From positions 8,425 to 72,424 of the forward strand of contig JADFXV010000002.1 in NCBI GenBank assembly GCA_015233395.1: DNA of 64,000 nt, given 5' to 3'. Both the position numbers and the translations under genes were made by a program. This document shows, piece after piece, positions 31,046 through 40,893 of the stretch (its first letter is position 1; every line of letters begins with the position of its first letter). A model generated the notes under the pieces. That model did no database searches. It saw nothing but the letters and a program-made list of their open reading frames with translations, and was not told the DNA's origin. This DNA comes from Desulfovibrionaceae bacterium. GTDB lineage: Bacteria; Desulfobacterota; Desulfovibrionia; Desulfovibrionales; Desulfovibrionaceae.

Positions 31046-33733
31046 TCAGTGCGCGTCGGCCCAGGTGCGGCCGATGCCGGTATCCACGGCCAAGGGGACC
31101 CGCAATGAGTATATTTTGCTCATGATTTCCGCAAGCAGCCGCCCGGCTTCGGCGGCGTTTTTTTCCGGCGCTTCAAGCACCAGTTCGTCATGCACCTGCA
31201 GGATGAGCGTCGCGCCGAGGGTTTGCAGCCGTGTATCTGCGGCTGCGGCGATCATGGCCATCTTGATGATGTCGGCCGCGCTGCCCTGGATGACGGTATT
31301 GACCGCCTGGCGCTTGGCCTGGGATTGCAGCTGGCTGTTTTGGGAATGCAGTTCGGGCAGGAAACGGCGCCGCCCGGCCAGGGTGGTCACGTAGCCGGCC
31401 TTGCCGGCCGCTTCGATGACGGCCTCGTAGAACTGTTTGAGCCCGGTCAGGCGTTCGAAATACTTGGCGATGAACTCTTTGGCCCGGTTCATGCCGATGC
31501 CCAGTTCCCGGCTGAGTTTTTGCGGCCCCATGCCGTAGAGCAGGCCGAAATTGATGGTTTTGGCCAGCCGGCGCTCGTCGGCGCTGATTGCGTCCGGTTT
31601 TTTGTCGCACAAAAGCGCGGCGGTCTGGGCGTGGATGTCCAGGCCGCGCTCGAAGGCGGCGATCAGGGTTTCGTCGCCCGAAAAGTGGGCCAGAACCCGC
31701 AGTTCGATTTGGGAATAGTCGGCCGCGGCCAAAAAGTGGCCGGGCTTTGCCGTAAAGCAGGCGCGCATGCGCCGGCCCATGTCACCCCGGATGGGGATGT
31801 TCTGCAGATTGGGATTGCTGCTGGAGAGGCGTCCCGTGGCCGCGGCCAGTTGGTTGAAAGTGGTGTGGATGCGCCCGCCCGCGCCCACGAGCTTAGGCAG
31901 GGGTTCAAGGTACGTCGAGCGCAGTTTTTCCAATTTGCGGAAGGCGAGCAGCTTGTCCACCACCGGATGGGCGCCTTCCAGCCGCTCCAGAACCTCCACC
32001 GACGTCGAGACCGCCCCACCCGGAGTTTTGCCTTGGCGTTTGAGCCCCAGGCGGTCGTAGAGGATCTCGGCCAATTGCCTGCTTGAGCGGATGTTGAATT
32101 GCGTCCCGGCCAGGGCGAAAATCTCGCCGGTGAGCCGGTCGAGATCGGCGCTCACCTCGCGCAGAAAGGCCTCGAAACTCGCGAGGTCCAGGCCGATGCC
32201 GGCCTGCTCCATGCCCACGAGCACCGGAATCAGCGGCGTCTCCAGGCCGCGCATGAGCTCGCCGAGCGCGGCCTGATCGATTTTTTTCTCCAACGCGAGC
32301 CCGAGTTCCAGAGCGGCCAGGGCGCCGGGACGTTGCGCGTTCTCGGGCAAAAATTCGCCGTAACCGGACAAGAGGCGTTCGAAGGAATAGTTGCGGTCTT
32401 CGGGATTGAGCAGGTATCCGGCCAGGCTCAGGTCGAACCAGACGTTAAGCGGAACCGCCGCAAAGGCCGGCTCGCGCGCGAGCAGCTCCTTGAACGAGGG
32501 CGTATGAACGCGGCCGGCCCGGGCGAGAACGGCGGCTGCCTGCTCCGGGGTGGCCTTGACGCGGACTTCGCGCCCGTGCAGCGCAAGTTCATAGTCCTCG
32601 CCGTCCGCGACCAGGCCGAGGCTTGCGCCGTCCAGGCCGGCCAGCCCGGACAGTTCCGCGAGGCCGATGGCGGCTGCGCGTAAAAGTTGCGGGCGCGACG
32701 GCAGCGCTCCCGGGACGATTGGGGCAACGCCTCTCTCCGCAGCGGCGGGGCCAGGGTCCGGACCCGAAAAAAGCGACAGCTGCCGCGCGACCGGCCTTGC
32801 GGAGCCGGGCTCCCTGGCCCGGGAAACTGCGGCGGCCGGGACGGAGTCCTCCGGCGCGTTCGCCAGGTCCCGGGCCAGGGAGCGCAATTCGAATTCATTG
32901 AAAAAGGCCAGCACGTCCTTCTTGTCGCCGGGCCGCAGGCGCAACTCCTCCAGGGACAGGTCCGGCAGGCGGTCGGTTTTGAGCCGGGTCAGTTCGCGGT
33001 AGACGAAGACTGCGTCCATTTGCGGGGCGATCTTGTCGCGCCAGGCCGGTTTGACTGCGGCCACATGCTCCCTGAGCCCTTCCAGGTCCGACCAGTCGCG
33101 GATCAGCGACACGGCCGACTTGGGGCCTATGCCGGCGACGCCGGGGATGTTGTCGCTCGTGTCTCCGACCAGGGCCTGAAGATCCGGCCAGGCCGACGGG
33201 GCGATGCCGTATTCCTCGGTGAAGTCGCGCAGGGTGACGAGCTTGTCCTGCTTGCCGCCCGGGTCCCACAGGACCACGTTCTCGCTGATGCATTGGCGCA
33301 GGTCCTTGTCCGACCCGACGATGACCACCGGCATGCCGGAGCCGAAACGCTTGGCCAGGCTGGCGATGCCGTCGTCGGCCTCGGCCCCTTCCAGGACGAG
33401 CAGGGGGAATCCGAGCAGGCCGGCGCCGCGCCCGACCGGTTCGACCTGGAGTGTGAGGGGTTCCGGCATGGCCTCACGGTTGGCCTTGTACTCGGGATAG
33501 AGCCCGTGGCGGAAATTCTTGCCCTTGCCGTCGAGAAAAAATCCGGCGTAGCGGGGCTTTTCCTCGCGCAAGAGCCGCAGCAGGATGCGCAAGACGATAT
33601 ACAGGGCGTTGGTCGGCAGGCCGTCCGAACGGCGCAGGTCGGGATAGGCGTAAAAACCCCGGTACAGAAAGGAGCTGCCGTCGATCAGGTACAGCGGCTC
33701 CCCGGTAAATCCCAACTTGTCCTTCAGCGGCAT
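31046..33733 (-). CDS. polA: DNA polymerase I
   Basis: 895 aa. N-terminal 5'-3' exonuclease domain. Polymerase motifs RRLAKTINFGLLYGMG and QVHDELVLEAP. Confidence 0.96.
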   Translation of the reverse strand: MPLKDKLGFTGEPLYLIDGSSFLYRGFYAYPDLRRSDGLPTNALYIVLRILLRLLREEKPRYAGFFLDGKGKNFRHGLYPEYKANREAMPEPLTLQVEPVGRGAGLLGFPLLVLEGAEADDGIASLAKRFGSGMPVVIVGSDKDLRQCISENVVLWDPGGKQDKLVTLRDFTEEYGIAPSAWPDLQALVGDTSDNIPGVAGIGPKSAVSLIRDWSDLEGLREHVAAVKPAWRDKIAPQMDAVFVYRELTRLKTDRLPDLSLEELRLRPGDKKDVLAFFNEFELRSLARDLANAPEDSVPAAAVSRAREPGSARPVARQLSLFSGPDPGPAAAERGVAPIVPGALPSRPQLLRAAAIGLAELSGLAGLDGASLGLVADGEDYELALHGREVRVKATPEQAAAVLARAGRVHTPSFKELLAREPAFAAVPLNVWFDLSLAGYLLNPEDRNYSFERLLSGYGEFLPENAQRPGALAALELGLALEKKIDQAALGELMRGLETPLIPVLVGMEQAGIGLDLASFEAFLREVSADLDRLTGEIFALAGTQFNIRSSRQLAEILYDRLGLKRQGKTPGGAVSTSVEVLERLEGAHPVVDKLLAFRKLEKLRSTYLEPLPKLVGAGGRIHTTFNQLAAATGRLSSSNPNLQNIPIRGDMGRRMRACFTAKPGHFLAAADYSQIELRVLAHFSGDETLIAAFERGLDIHAQTAALLCDKKPDAISADERRLAKTINFGLLYGMGPQKLSRELGIGMNRAKEFIAKYFERLTGLKQFYEAVIEAAGKAGYVTTLAGRRRFLPELHSQNSQLQSQAKRQAVNTVIQGSAADIIKMAMIAAAADTRLQTLGATLILQVHDELVLEAPEKNAAEAGRLLAEIMSKIYSLRVPLAVDTGIGRTWADAH

Positions 33734-33763
33734 CGGCGCTCTCCGGTCGGACGGTTGCCAAGG

Positions 33764-34825
33764 TCAGGGCAAAAGGCAGAAGGCGTTTTCGATACAGCCG
33801 TCCGGGCCCAATATACGCGTGCAGGCGTCCACGCAATCCGGGCAGTATTTGACGCCCCGGCTGGCGGCGATCTCGGCCAGGGCGAGTCCGACGCCCATGG
33901 CCGGCCGGTAGGGCCGGTGCGCGCTCATGGCCTCGACCACGTCGGCCACGGCGATGATCCGGGACTGCTCAAGCAAATCAGGGCCGGCGAGTCCCCGGGG
34001 ATAGCCCGAGCCGTCCATCCGTTCGTGGTGCTGGAGCACGATTTCGGCGACCGGCCAAGGCAGGGGGATGTCCTTTAGGATCTCATGGCCCCAGGTGGAA
34101 TGCATCTTGATGTACGCCATCTCGTGGACTTCAAGCCTTGATGGCTTGGCCAGAAGTTCGAGCGGCACGCAGACCTTGCCGATGTCGTGGACCATGCCGG
34201 CGACGCGCACGCATGCCACCCGGTCCTCGCTCAGACCCAGTTCCTTGGCCATGGCCTCGGCAAGAAGCGAGACTTTTTTCTGGTGCCCGGCGGTATAGGG
34301 ATCGCGCATTTCCGCCATGGTGGCGATGGAATTGATCGTGGCCGCCAGCGTGGCCCGCATCTGGACGTTGGCCCGCTCCAGGTCCTCGGTGCGCTCGCGG
34401 ATTCTGGTTTCCAAGTCGGTCTGGTAGACGGCGTTTTCACGCAAAAGCCCGGCGCGCTCCAAGGCCTTGGCCACCGCGTGTTCGAGCACGGCCATGTCGG
34501 CGACGGGCTTGGCCACGAAGTCCCAGGCGCCGCGCCGCAAGGCCTCGATGGCGTCCTGCACCACCCCGGTTCCGGAGACCACGACCACCGGCGTGCCGGG
34601 GGATTCGCGCCGCACGGCCGAAAGGACGTCCAGGCCGTCGACTTCCGGCATGCGCAAATCCACCAGAACGAGATCCGGCTTCTCGCGGCGGAACATGTCC
34701 AGACCCTCGCGCCCGTTTTGGGCTTGCAGCATCGTAAAACCGCTGTCTTCGAGATAGGCGGCTATGCTCTCCCTGACCACCGGCTCGTCGTCGATGGCGA
34801 GTATCCTGACCGGCCCGGAACTCAC
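33764..34825 (-). CDS. Response regulator with HD-GYP output domain (RpfG-type c-di-GMP phosphodiesterase)
   Basis: Receiver domain RILAIDDEPVV..DLVLVDLRMPEVDG. HD-GYP motifs VHDIGK and HHERMDGSGYPRG. I chose GTG 34823-34825, which lies 7 nt after AAGGAGG, over the TTG at 34894. Confidence 0.85.
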   Translation of the reverse strand: MSSGPVRILAIDDEPVVRESIAAYLEDSGFTMLQAQNGREGLDMFRREKPDLVLVDLRMPEVDGLDVLSAVRRESPGTPVVVVSGTGVVQDAIEALRRGAWDFVAKPVADMAVLEHAVAKALERAGLLRENAVYQTDLETRIRERTEDLERANVQMRATLAATINSIATMAEMRDPYTAGHQKKVSLLAEAMAKELGLSEDRVACVRVAGMVHDIGKVCVPLELLAKPSRLEVHEMAYIKMHSTWGHEILKDIPLPWPVAEIVLQHHERMDGSGYPRGLAGPDLLEQSRIIAVADVVEAMSAHRPYRPAMGVGLALAEIAASRGVKYCPDCVDACTRILGPDGCIENAFCLLP

Positions 34826-35001
34826 GGCTTTTCCTCCTTGCCGGCCAGCCGCCGGATGGTCCGTTGTCCTCGACTTCGGGGCGGATATTGTCAAGTTCCC
34901 CGGTCAGGCGCAAGACGATTCGCGGTTTCCCCGCGCCCTCGCGTTCGGCGGTGTTTTCCGAAGAATATCCGGACAATCGCCTCGGATACCCCGGGCGAGA
35001 A

Positions 35002-36294
35002 CTAAGTCAAGAGCCGCTTGTCGATCACCTTGGCCGCGCCCGAAGCCGCGTCGCAGCGCTCGACCAGCCGGACCTCGAAGGCCACCCCGGCGCTTGAACG
35101 CAGCTTGCGCTTGATGGAATCCACGAATTCCTTCTGCCGCCGCATCTGGTCGAAAAAAATATCCTCAGAGGTCTCGATGAGCACCGTGGCCGTATCCAAG
35201 GCCCCCTCGCGCTCGACGATCACCCGGTACTCCGGAGCCCCGCCCGGCATCTGGGACAAAGCCGCCTCGATGGTCCCGGGAAAAACCGGCACCCCCCGGA
35301 TCAGCAGCATGTCGTCGGCGCGCCCGAGCGTGCTGTCCAGACGCGCGAACGTCCGGCCGCAGGGACACTCGCCGGGCAACAGCCGGGTCAGGTCGCCGGT
35401 GCGGTAGCGGATGACCGGAAAGGCGTCCTTGGTGAGCGAAGTAAGCACCAGCTCGCCGGTCTCGCCCACGGGCAAGGCCTTGCCCGTGGCCGGATCGACG
35501 ATCTCGGCCAAAAAATGGTCCTCGTTGAGGTGCATGCCGCCGCGCGCCTCGCATTCCCCGGCCACGCCCGGCCCCATGACCTCGGTCGGACCGTAGTTCT
35601 GCGTGGCCGTCAGCTTCAGGCGCGATTCGATTTCCAGGCGCATCGCCGCGCTTAGGGGCTCGCCGCCGAACAGGCCAAAACGCAGCGACAACGAATTGGC
35701 GTTGATGCCCATCTCGTCCATGACCCCGGCCAGATGCAGGGCGTAGGACGGCGTGCAGGCGAGGACCGTGGTCTTGTAGTCCTGCATGATCATCACCTGG
35801 CGGCGGGAATTGCCGCCCGAGGCCGGGATGACCGCCGCGCCCAGACGCTGCGCCCCTTCGTGAAACCCGAGGCCGCCGGTGAAAAGCCCGTAATCGAAGG
35901 CGATCTGCACAACGTCGTCGCGCGTGGCCCCGCCTGCGGCCAGAACCCGGGCGGTCAGGTCCGACCAACGCTTTACGTCGTTGACCGTATACCCTACCAC
36001 CACCGGCGTGCCCGCGCTGCCAGGCGAAGCATGCAGGCGCACCACCTCGCGCAGCGGCACCGCGAACAACCCGTACGGATAATTGTCCTGCAAGACGCCC
36101 TTGTCCGTGAACGGCAACCGGGCCACATCGGACAAATCGCGAAAATCGTCCGGGTCGATGCCGAGCGCGTCGAATTTTTTGCGGTAATAGGGAACGTTGC
36201 GGGCGACCCGGGTCAATACGGACTGCAACCGCTCGAGCTGCAATTGCTCCAGATCCTCACGAGCCATGGTCTCGCACTTGGCCTCAAAATACAT
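35002..36294 (-). CDS. Phenylacetate--CoA ligase family protein (PaaK/F390-synthetase-like)
   Basis: 430 aa. N-terminal LQLERLQSVLTRVARNVPYYRKKF, an adenylate-forming core and a C-terminal ACT-like tail. GAGGAGG Shine-Dalgarno. Confidence 0.85.
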   Translation of the reverse strand: MYFEAKCETMAREDLEQLQLERLQSVLTRVARNVPYYRKKFDALGIDPDDFRDLSDVARLPFTDKGVLQDNYPYGLFAVPLREVVRLHASPGSAGTPVVVGYTVNDVKRWSDLTARVLAAGGATRDDVVQIAFDYGLFTGGLGFHEGAQRLGAAVIPASGGNSRRQVMIMQDYKTTVLACTPSYALHLAGVMDEMGINANSLSLRFGLFGGEPLSAAMRLEIESRLKLTATQNYGPTEVMGPGVAGECEARGGMHLNEDHFLAEIVDPATGKALPVGETGELVLTSLTKDAFPVIRYRTGDLTRLLPGECPCGRTFARLDSTLGRADDMLLIRGVPVFPGTIEAALSQMPGGAPEYRVIVEREGALDTATVLIETSEDIFFDQMRRQKEFVDSIKRKLRSSAGVAFEVRLVERCDAASGAAKVIDKRLLT

Positions 36295-36364
36295 CGGCGC
36301 CCCCCCTCCTCGGCCATTTACGACGATCTACCCCCAGCCCCAAGGAAAGGCAACGCCTCCGGCG

Positions 36365-36501
36365 CCAGGGGGAGGCGCAGCCTCCCCCTGGACCCCCTCC
36401 GCCGGGGACTCGGCCGTGCCCCCTGACGCGGGGGTCCGGGGGGCAAAGCCCCCGGTAATTGGGGGCCATGCCCCCCGGCGGGGCCTGGGGCGGAGCCCCA
36501 G
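36365..36501. repeat. Mosaic repeat cluster (B-like palindrome, E-half, G-unit, F)
   Basis: Units in order: CCAGGGGGAGGC-GCA-GCCTCCCCCTGG at 36365-36391; CCCCCTGACGCGGGGGTCCGGGGGG up to 36443; CCGGCGGGGCCTGGGGCGGAGCCCCAG at 36475-36501. Confidence 0.85.
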
Positions 36502-36514
36502 ATCTCTGCCCTCC

Positions 36515-38029
36515 TCAGTCCTGGCGCAGGCGGGTTTCCAGGGTGGGGTCCGGGGCGACGAGGAGGCTTTCCAGGACTTTGTCCACGGCCACCGCGCCGA
36601 GAGCCGCGCCTTTGATATGGCGCACGTCCTTCACCAGGGCGCAGACGACCCGGGCCTTGGCCGCGCTCTGTTCCCAGCCGGCCAGGGCGGCCAGGGCGGC
36701 CGCCTCCTCGACGGCGCGGCGGGGGAAGTCCACGCCCGGATGATCGCGTTTTAAGATCACGTGCGCCCCTGGGCCGCCTTCGGCGTGGAACCAGTAGTCG
36801 AAGGGGCTCGCCGCCCTGGAGAGCAGTTGGTGGTTGGCCCGGGCGTTTTTGCCCCGCAGGGCGACGAAGCCGTCCGAGGTCAGGTAGCGCCTGGCCTGGA
36901 TTTCCCGGCTCTTGCCCCCGCCTTTGCCCTGGGCTCTCGCCTCGGGCTTGCCGGCGGCTTTTCCGGAGGAACTGCCCAAGGACGCCGCGCGCGGTTTTTC
37001 GGCCCGGCCCGGCAATTGGACATTGCCGGCCGCCGGCGCCTGTTCGCGCGCGGCGAGATGGACCAGGCCGCGCTTGCCCTTGGCCGCCAGCTTGTAGAAA
37101 CGCTGCATGTTCTCGATCACGGTCAGGGAAGGATCGAGTTCAACAGCGGCCGCGCCGCCTTGGTCCAGCCGGGAGAGCTTGGCCCTGGGATCCAGGCGGT
37201 CCAGGCCGGCGGCGACGGCGTCGCCCTTTTCGCGCAAGGCGAGCAATCCCTCAAGCCGCAGGCGTTCGGCGGCGAGGCGCTCGCGCAGGCGCTTGGCGCG
37301 TTTTGCCGCCGTCTTGGCCGCGGCCGCCGCCCCGGCCCCGGCCAGACGCGTCAGGGCTCCGAAATACGCCGCCTGTCCGGCGGCCTCGGCGGCGGCCAAC
37401 GGCCCCAAGTCCGGATCGACCCCGTCCGGCAGGCCCGCCGCCCGGGCCAGTTCCGCAAGCGCCGTGAGCGCCGTCCAGGCCGCGGGGCCGCTGGCGCGAA
37501 GCGCCTCCCACGTTTGCTGGGACTGCTCCGGAGGCAAGCCGGACAGAACCCGGCGGACCGGCCGCGAGACAAACGGGCTTTGCCCGGGCGCGGCCGGTTC
37601 GGCCAAGGCCTCCGCCAGATCCGGCCAACGCGGCTCGTCCCCGAATCCCGGCGCCAGTTGCCCGGCCAGCGACAATCCATGGACCAGATCGAGCACCAGA
37701 TAGCGCCCCTCGCCCGGCGAAAGCTCAAGGGCCAGACGCCTGCTTCGCCAATCGGCCAGACAGGCGGCGACGAAACGCCCGCTCACCCGCTTGCGCAGCC
37801 ACATGGCCCTGGCCGGGGCCTCGGCCGGATTAACGGGTCTCGCCGCCGACGGAAAAAGCGCCCCCTCCCGGACATCGGCGCGCAGCAACACAACCTTCCA
37901 CCACGCCCCGGGAACGTGGTGCTCGATCGACCAGAACCCCTCGGCCGGCATGCCGATCTTGCCGATGCGGCCGCCCGGGAAGAGCAAGGCGAGTTCGCTG
38001 GATACGGCGCGGAAAAATAAGGCGTCCAT
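36515..38029 (-). CDS. NFACT-family protein (FbpA N-terminal-like plus DUF814/NFACT-R), RqcH-like
   Basis: 504 aa. C-terminal signature YLTSDGFVALRGKNARANHQLL..YWFHAEGGPGAHVILK. Ala-rich coiled-coil middle region. Confidence 0.7.
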   Translation of the reverse strand: MDALFFRAVSSELALLFPGGRIGKIGMPAEGFWSIEHHVPGAWWKVVLLRADVREGALFPSAARPVNPAEAPARAMWLRKRVSGRFVAACLADWRSRRLALELSPGEGRYLVLDLVHGLSLAGQLAPGFGDEPRWPDLAEALAEPAAPGQSPFVSRPVRRVLSGLPPEQSQQTWEALRASGPAAWTALTALAELARAAGLPDGVDPDLGPLAAAEAAGQAAYFGALTRLAGAGAAAAAKTAAKRAKRLRERLAAERLRLEGLLALREKGDAVAAGLDRLDPRAKLSRLDQGGAAAVELDPSLTVIENMQRFYKLAAKGKRGLVHLAAREQAPAAGNVQLPGRAEKPRAASLGSSSGKAAGKPEARAQGKGGGKSREIQARRYLTSDGFVALRGKNARANHQLLSRAASPFDYWFHAEGGPGAHVILKRDHPGVDFPRRAVEEAAALAALAGWEQSAAKARVVCALVKDVRHIKGAALGAVAVDKVLESLLVAPDPTLETRLRQD

Positions 38030-38042
38030 GAATGCAGAACCG

Positions 38043-38309
38043 GGGGGGAAACTTTTTAAAAAAAGTTTCCCCCCGGACCCCCTTTCAAAAATTTTGCCCC
38101 CTGGGGTTGGCTGCTTTTCGCGCAGCGAAAAGCAGCCAACCCCAGGAAATTTTGTTCAATATAACAAGGTGATCATCAAGACAATCTCGCCACCCCTGGA
38201 ATCGACCGTCGAGGGGGTCCGCGGGGTTCAACTGCGAGTTGCGAAGGTCTTCCTTCGCTTCCTCGCAGTTACGATGAGGGTCCACGGAGAAGGGGCTCCG
38301 CCCTTCTCC
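38043..38309. repeat. Mosaic repeat cluster (A, G-unit, 45-nt hairpin, D, palindrome)
   Basis: Units in order: A unit at 38043-38074; C6GGAC5 at 38069-38082; perfect hairpin CTGGGGTTGGCTGCTTTTCGC-GCA-GCGAAAAGCAGCCAACCCCAG at 38101-38145; D unit at 38230-38270; GGAGAAGGG-GCTCCG-CCCTTCTCC at 38286-38309. Confidence 0.9.
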
Positions 38310-38343
38310 CTGGCGGGGACGCAGGGGGCAGCGTCCTGGCGGG

Positions 38344-40302
38344 TTAGTCTTCCAGAACCGAGATATCGCCGAGTTCCTGGCCGAGTTCTTCGGCTTTGAG
38401 CACGCGGCGCATGATTTTCCCGCTTCGGGTTTTGGGCAGTTTATCCCGGAATTCCACGGCTTTGATCACGGCGATGGGGCCGAGTTCGCGGCGGATGTGT
38501 TTGATGAGTTCCTTGACCAGTTCGTCTTCGTTTTCGAACTCTTGGCGCCAGTTGTCGTTGAGCACGACGAAGGCTTTGGCCGCTTCGCCTTTGATCGGGT
38601 CGGGCACGCCGATGATCGCCGCTTCGTTGACGGCTTTGTGGGTTTCGAGGGCCGCTTCCAGTTCCGCGTTGCCCAGCCGGTGTCCGGCGATGACCAGGAC
38701 GTCGTCGGCCCGGCCCTGGATGAAGTAGAAGCCGTCTTCGTCCTTACGGGCCATGTCGCCGGCGAAATACACGCCGGGGATCTTGTCCCAGTAGGTTTCG
38801 CGGAATCCTTCCGGGCTGTTGTAGAGGTTGCGGACCATGGCCGGCCAGGGTTTTTTGATCACCAGGAAGCCGCCCATGCCGGGCGGCACGGGCTGGCCGT
38901 TTTTGTCCACCACTGCGGCTTCGACGCCGGGCAGGGGTTTGCCCACGCTTCCGGGTTTGATCGGGCTGATGGGCAGGGGGCTGATCATGCACATGCCGGT
39001 TTCGGTTTGCCACCAGGTGTCCATGATCGGGCATTCCGAGCGGCCGATATGTTTGTGCAGCCACAGCCAGGCTTCGGGATTGATCGGTTCGCCGACCGAG
39101 CCGAGCAGGCGCACGGTGGAGAGGTCGTGGCGTTTTGGGTATTGCGGGCCAAAGCGCATGAGCATGCGGATGAGCGTGGGCGCGGTATAGAAAATGGTCA
39201 CGCCGTAGCGGGCGATGATGTCCCAGAGCCGGTCGGCTTGCGGATACAGGGGGTGGCCTTCGTACATGACCGTGGTCGTGCCCGCGATCAGCGGCGCGTA
39301 GACCACGTAGGAATGGCCCGTGATCCAGCCGGGGTCGGCGGTGCAGTAGAAGATGTCCGTGGGTTTGATGTCGAAGACCCAGCGGAAGGTGCGGTTGATG
39401 CCGACCATGTAGCCGCCGTGGGTATGCACCATGCCCTTGGGTTTGCCGGTGGTGCCGGAGCTGTAGAGCAAAAACAGGGTGTCTTCGGCGTCCATGACTT
39501 CGGTGGACGCATCGGAACGTTCCTGGCGCACCACGTCTTCGTAGCGCACGTCGCGCGGCTCGGTGAGTTCGATGTCCACGCCCGCCCGGTGCACCACCAC
39601 CACGGTCTCGGCGCAGCCGCCCCGGATGCCGATCAGGGCTTCGTCCACCACGCTTTTGACGTTGACCACCCGGCCGTTGCGGTAGAAACCATCCACGGTG
39701 ACGACCATTTTGGCCTTGGCGTCGTGGATGCGGTTGCGCAGCGACTTGGCCGAAAATCCGGCGAACACCAGGCTGTGCGCCGCGCCGATTTTGGCCGTGG
39801 CCAGCATGGCCACCACGGTTTCGGGCACCGGCGGCATGTAGATGACCACCCGGTCGCCCTTGCCCACGCCCAGCGAGCGCAGGGCGTTGGCGAAGCGGTT
39901 CACTTCGCGGTAGAGTTCGTAATAGGTGAATTTGCGGCTGTCGCCCGGCTCGCCTTCCCAGATCAGGGCGAGCTTATTCTTGTTGGGGCTGGCGATGTGC
40001 CGATCCAAGGCGTTGTAGACGATATTGCACTTGCCGCCGGTGAACCACTTGTAAAAGGGCGCCTGGCTGTCGTCGAGGACCGTGTCCCAGCGGCCGTACC
40101 AGTCCAGTTCGCAGGCCGCCTCTTCCCAGAACTTCAGGTAATCGCGCGCGGCCTGATCCTGGGCCGCTTCCAGGCCTCTGGGGCTCAGATTGGCGCCCAG
40201 CACCACCTTTGGCAGGGGGCGGAACACTCTTTCCTCGTGCGACAGCGCGTCCAGGGCGCCGGATGCGTCCGGCGCGACGTCTTGGGAAGCCGATTTTTTC
40301 AT
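38344..40302 (-). CDS. acs: Acetyl-CoA synthetase (AMP-forming)
   Basis: LLYSSGTTGKPKG, YWDKIPGVYFAGD..RADDVLVIAGHRLG and KTRSGKIMRR. Start trimmed to ATG 40300-40302 (MKKSASQDV). Confidence 0.93.
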   Translation of the reverse strand: MKKSASQDVAPDASGALDALSHEERVFRPLPKVVLGANLSPRGLEAAQDQAARDYLKFWEEAACELDWYGRWDTVLDDSQAPFYKWFTGGKCNIVYNALDRHIASPNKNKLALIWEGEPGDSRKFTYYELYREVNRFANALRSLGVGKGDRVVIYMPPVPETVVAMLATAKIGAAHSLVFAGFSAKSLRNRIHDAKAKMVVTVDGFYRNGRVVNVKSVVDEALIGIRGGCAETVVVVHRAGVDIELTEPRDVRYEDVVRQERSDASTEVMDAEDTLFLLYSSGTTGKPKGMVHTHGGYMVGINRTFRWVFDIKPTDIFYCTADPGWITGHSYVVYAPLIAGTTTVMYEGHPLYPQADRLWDIIARYGVTIFYTAPTLIRMLMRFGPQYPKRHDLSTVRLLGSVGEPINPEAWLWLHKHIGRSECPIMDTWWQTETGMCMISPLPISPIKPGSVGKPLPGVEAAVVDKNGQPVPPGMGGFLVIKKPWPAMVRNLYNSPEGFRETYWDKIPGVYFAGDMARKDEDGFYFIQGRADDVLVIAGHRLGNAELEAALETHKAVNEAAIIGVPDPIKGEAAKAFVVLNDNWRQEFENEDELVKELIKHIRRELGPIAVIKAVEFRDKLPKTRSGKIMRRVLKAEELGQELGDISVLED

Positions 40303-40798
40303 CACGGTACGCCTTGGTTGCGGTTTTAAGCCCGCAGCCGTTCTCATTCGATCGTTGTTCACGGCCCGCAGCCGCGCCGGAAACGTCTTTTTTCAGCCGT
40401 CTGCGCCCTTTTCGCCCTGAAATCCTGGCCGGGCGTAATACGGCGCATGGCAACCATAGCACGATTTTTCCCGAAACCTCACTAAAATTCGGCCAGCGGC
40501 GCGGGATTTCCGGTCAACGGCGAATTGTCCGCCAGGGCCGGTTCGCGCCCCGGTCCCGATCAGGCCGCGCTCGACCGCAAGCCTGCCGCAAGCCCCTTGT
40601 CCAACCCCCCGTCCTCCCTGAAACTGTAAAACCCCAGCAAACCTCTTTACTCCCACACAATTGACGCAACATGCCGATTTTGCATCTCATCGATTTGCAG
40701 TCCAACCCCAAGCCGGCGGCGCGCCCAGGGCCATCCCCGGATTTCGCCGGCTCCGCCGGGCTGCCGGTCGCGGTCCGCAGCGAAAAAACCAGCCGCGC

Positions 40799-40827
40799 TT
40801 GACGCGGCAAGGCCCCTGGCGTAAACT
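40799..40827 (+). promoter_or_regulatory. Putative sigma70-type promoter upstream of cheW
   Basis: TTGACG (40799-40804), 17-nt spacer, TAAACT (40822-40827). It lies about 65 nt upstream of the cheW ATG. Confidence 0.3.
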
Positions 40828-40893
40828 TTTAAACTCGACGATCAAAGGTCGCCGGAGCGAGAATACGCCGGTTCCCGGCCACAGGGGCGCCAC

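Noticed and set aside
40447-40463. Sigma54 promoter TGGCAACCATAGCACG in the acs-cheW spacer
   Set aside because: The GG-to-GC spacing is two nucleotides shorter than the consensus TGGCAC-N5-TTGC. A similar candidate upstream of cstA (about 19776-19796) is three nucleotides too long.
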